Shown one piece after another: positions 26,537-28,926 of a stretch of DNA of 28,926 bases. Under the pieces are notes generated by a model, which worked only from the letters and a program-made list of their open reading frames with translations, had not been told where the DNA came from and did no database searches. Positions within the stretch are counted from its first letter, which is position 1. Each line of letters starts with the position of its first letter. The translations under genes and the position numbers were made by a program. Origin of the DNA: Candidatus Eiseniibacteriota bacterium (GTDB taxonomy: Bacteria > Eisenbacteria > RBG-16-71-46 > JABDJR01 > JAWXBZ01); assembly GCA_034440375.1 (NCBI GenBank), contig JAWXBZ010000058.1:1-28926 (forward strand). Reading direction: 5' to 3'.

Positions 26537-28926
26537 ATGATTGGCATGGGGATGGGCCGCCACCTGGCGGCGTTTACGATTTTGCTCGGAATGATCGTCG
26601 TCCTCGGTGCCGCGCAGCCGGCTGGAGCCGTCGGCGAAACGCCTCGGACTTTCAACCTGTACATCCGCAACTACTACGAACCAGGCGACGCGGCGATCCT
26701 GGCCCAGTATGACGCGCTCGGCCTCGACGTCGATACGCCTCTCGCGACGCTCAACGCGATCAAATCGCTGAACCCCGCCATCAAGCTGCTGGCCTACATC
26801 CCGATCAACGGCACCTATCAATCGAGCCCACTGCTTCCGGCCGGCAGCAAGTGGCGCGAGATGTACGAGGCGGCCGAGGCAAACGGGTGGTGGCTGCGGA
26901 ACACGCAGGGTGGCCACATCTACGATCACGCCGGCAAGTACACGATCAACATCTCGACGGTCTGCCCGGAGAACGCTTCAGGCCAGACGATGCTCGACTG
27001 GTATCCCGAATTCATCGTGAACAGCGTGCTGCAGAACGGCGCCTCACCCTGGGACGGCGTCATCCTGGATGACGTCTGGGTGGGCATCTGGTTCATCAAC
27101 ACCAACACGGCGCTGAACCCGTTGCCGATTGACGCGGATCAGAACGGCCTGCAGGACGATCAACCGACGCTTGATCAACGCTGGAAGGACGGCAACGAGC
27201 TGATCACCCAGCGGATTCGAACGATGATGCCTGCGGGCGAAATCGTGATTGGGAACGGCGGCAACCAGTTTTATCACATGAACGGGGCGATGATCGAGAA
27301 CTTTCCGTTCCGCGGCGCGCCGGATGCCGGGCATCCGCTTGGCTATACCTGGACCGACAAGATGTTCGGGACACTGGGCTACTTCAACAACGAGACGAAC
27401 TACTCACCCACACCGCAGCGCATCGACGTCGTCAATGCCAAGTGGCCATCGGGTAGTCGGTACAGTGCCGACCACACGCCCGACTACGGCCGGCATCTTC
27501 GATTCTGCCTGGCCTCGTCGATGTTGGGCGACGGCTACTTCTCGATTGACTTCGAGGAGGCGACCGCGGGTCATCACTCGCTCTGGTGGGAGCCCGAATT
27601 CGACAAGCCGATCGGCACACCGACCGGCGCCCCCTATCAGGTCACTTACGGGGGCACGACTCTCTGGCGGCGTGATTACACGAACGGCGCCGTGATCCTG
27701 AACAAAAATTACACTACCTTCCTCGGCTCCACCGCAGATGGCATCCCGCCGATCGGCTGGGTCGACGCACGAGTCCTGCTCAGCAATGAGATGTGGGCCC
27801 CCGAGACAAACCCTCCCGGTGCCGTTGACGACCTGACGATCACCCGCACGTGGACCAACCAGATCGAGATCAAGTGGACCAACGTAGGCGACGATGGTGA
27901 ACAGGGACAGGCCATCGACCTTCAGGCTCGCTATTCCGCAGCCCCGATCACGGAGGGAAACTGGGCCAGCGCCCTGATCGCGCCCGGCACGGTCATCCCG
28001 GAACTCCCGGGAATCATGCAGACCCGGCTGATCACGGGTCTTGCCCAGAACAACCTCTATTACGTCGCCGTCAAGACCAGGGACCTGGCGGGCAACTGGT
28101 CGCCCCTCTCCAATGTGGCGTCGGCCACCACGGTCATCAGCGACATTACCGCACCGACCGCCGTAACCAATCTCACCGTTCTCTCGACGACATCGACGGG
28201 TGCCACCGTCCGGTGGACCGCCACGGGCGACGACGGCAACAGCGGTACTGCAAGCGTGTTCGATCTGCGCTACGCCACGTTTCCACTGAACAGCTCGAAC
28301 TTCGCCAGCGGTGCCCAGGTGATCGGCGAACCGACGCCCGGATCGCCCGGTACGGTCCACTCCATGCCGCTTTACGGTATGACGCCCTTCACGACCTACT
28401 ATTTCGCCATCAAGGTCGGCGATGAAATGCCCAACTGGTCGAACCTGTCAAACGTGCCATCCGCCTCCACGCTGGCCGGTGATGTAACGCCACCCGCCAA
28501 CATCAGCGACCTTCAGGTAATCGCAGTCGGCCCCACTTGGGTCACGCTGCAATGGACGGCACCCGGGGATGACGGCAGCACGGGCCTGGCCACCAGCTAT
28601 GACCTCCGCTTCTCGCCAAATCCGATGACGCCCCAGAATTTCACCAGCACCAATTTCGTCTCCAATGAGCCGGGTCCCCAGAGTGCCGGCACCGTCCAGA
28701 CAATGACCATTTCGGGATTCGGCACTGACCGAACCTACTGGTTTGGTATCAGGACAGCAGATGAATTTCCAAATTGGTCGGCGCCGTCAAACATCGTTTC
28801 GACGACGACGAATCAACCCCTCCCCGGCGACACCACCCCACCCGCAGCCATCGCCAACCTGGCCCTCGGCTCCTGGACCCAGACGTCCGCCCTCGTCACC
28901 TGGACATCACCCGGCGATGACAATGC
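26537..28926 (+). CDS. Tandem paralog of the GHL15-like/FN3 protein (partial, runs off the window end)
   Basis: AAGGAG RBS, then MIGMGMGRHLAAFTILLGMIVVLGAAQPAGAVGETPRTFNLYIRNYYEPGDA...LLAYIPINGTY... The same frame is still coding at the end (...LVTWTSPGDDN). Not in the ORF track. Confidence 0.88.
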   Translation, partial: MIGMGMGRHLAAFTILLGMIVVLGAAQPAGAVGETPRTFNLYIRNYYEPGDAAILAQYDALGLDVDTPLATLNAIKSLNPAIKLLAYIPINGTYQSSPLLPAGSKWREMYEAAEANGWWLRNTQGGHIYDHAGKYTINISTVCPENASGQTMLDWYPEFIVNSVLQNGASPWDGVILDDVWVGIWFINTNTALNPLPIDADQNGLQDDQPTLDQRWKDGNELITQRIRTMMPAGEIVIGNGGNQFYHMNGAMIENFPFRGAPDAGHPLGYTWTDKMFGTLGYFNNETNYSPTPQRIDVVNAKWPSGSRYSADHTPDYGRHLRFCLASSMLGDGYFSIDFEEATAGHHSLWWEPEFDKPIGTPTGAPYQVTYGGTTLWRRDYTNGAVILNKNYTTFLGSTADGIPPIGWVDARVLLSNEMWAPETNPPGAVDDLTITRTWTNQIEIKWTNVGDDGEQGQAIDLQARYSAAPITEGNWASALIAPGTVIPELPGIMQTRLITGLAQNNLYYVAVKTRDLAGNWSPLSNVASATTVISDITAPTAVTNLTVLSTTSTGATVRWTATGDDGNSGTASVFDLRYATFPLNSSNFASGAQVIGEPTPGSPGTVHSMPLYGMTPFTTYYFAIKVGDEMPNWSNLSNVPSASTLAGDVTPPANISDLQVIAVGPTWVTLQWTAPGDDGSTGLATSYDLRFSPNPMTPQNFTSTNFVSNEPGPQSAGTVQTMTISGFGTDRTYWFGIRTADEFPNWSAPSNIVSTTTNQPLPGDTTPPAAIANLALGSWTQTSALVTWTSPGDDN

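Noticed and set aside
23947-28926. CRISPR or DNA-level tandem repeat array
   Set aside because: The periodicity is protein-level FN3 repetition with diverged codons. No identical short repeats with spacers, and no tRNA or rRNA, were recognised in the window.

Overview
High-GC bacterial DNA. The C-terminal FlgD-Ig-like sorting domain on a large secreted protein loosely suggests an FCB-related candidate lineage, which is inference only. The centre is a ~14 kb minus-strand nitrate-respiration cluster: rrf2, rrf2, diheme cytochrome c (narC-like), narG, narH, narJ, a narI::Tat-Rieske fusion, cytochrome b (PEWY), monoheme cytochrome c, narK, narK, ric. The standout is a cytoplasmic-type NarGHI whose NarI is fused, through an internal twin-arginine helix, to a Rieske [2Fe-2S] domain and sits next to a cytochrome bc-type b subunit. 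This suggests a nitrate reductase/complex III supercomplex. The cluster lies between two direct copies (714 bp, ~94% identical by hand count, nearly all differences synonymous) of the 3' part of a DAACS symporter gene. An IS91-family transposase remnant abuts the truncated copy, and a deleted methionine-synthase pseudogene lies near the other edge, so this looks like an acquired island. Left flank: end of a xanthine-dehydrogenase-type FAD subunit, a DinB protein, an alpha/beta hydrolase with attC-like hairpins between them, and a membrane-anchored hypothetical protein. Right flank: a nucleotidyltransferase with a small partner ORF, an M29 aminopeptidase, and two tandem secreted GHL15-like/FN3-repeat paralogs. 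The second paralog runs off the window and is absent from the ORF track.
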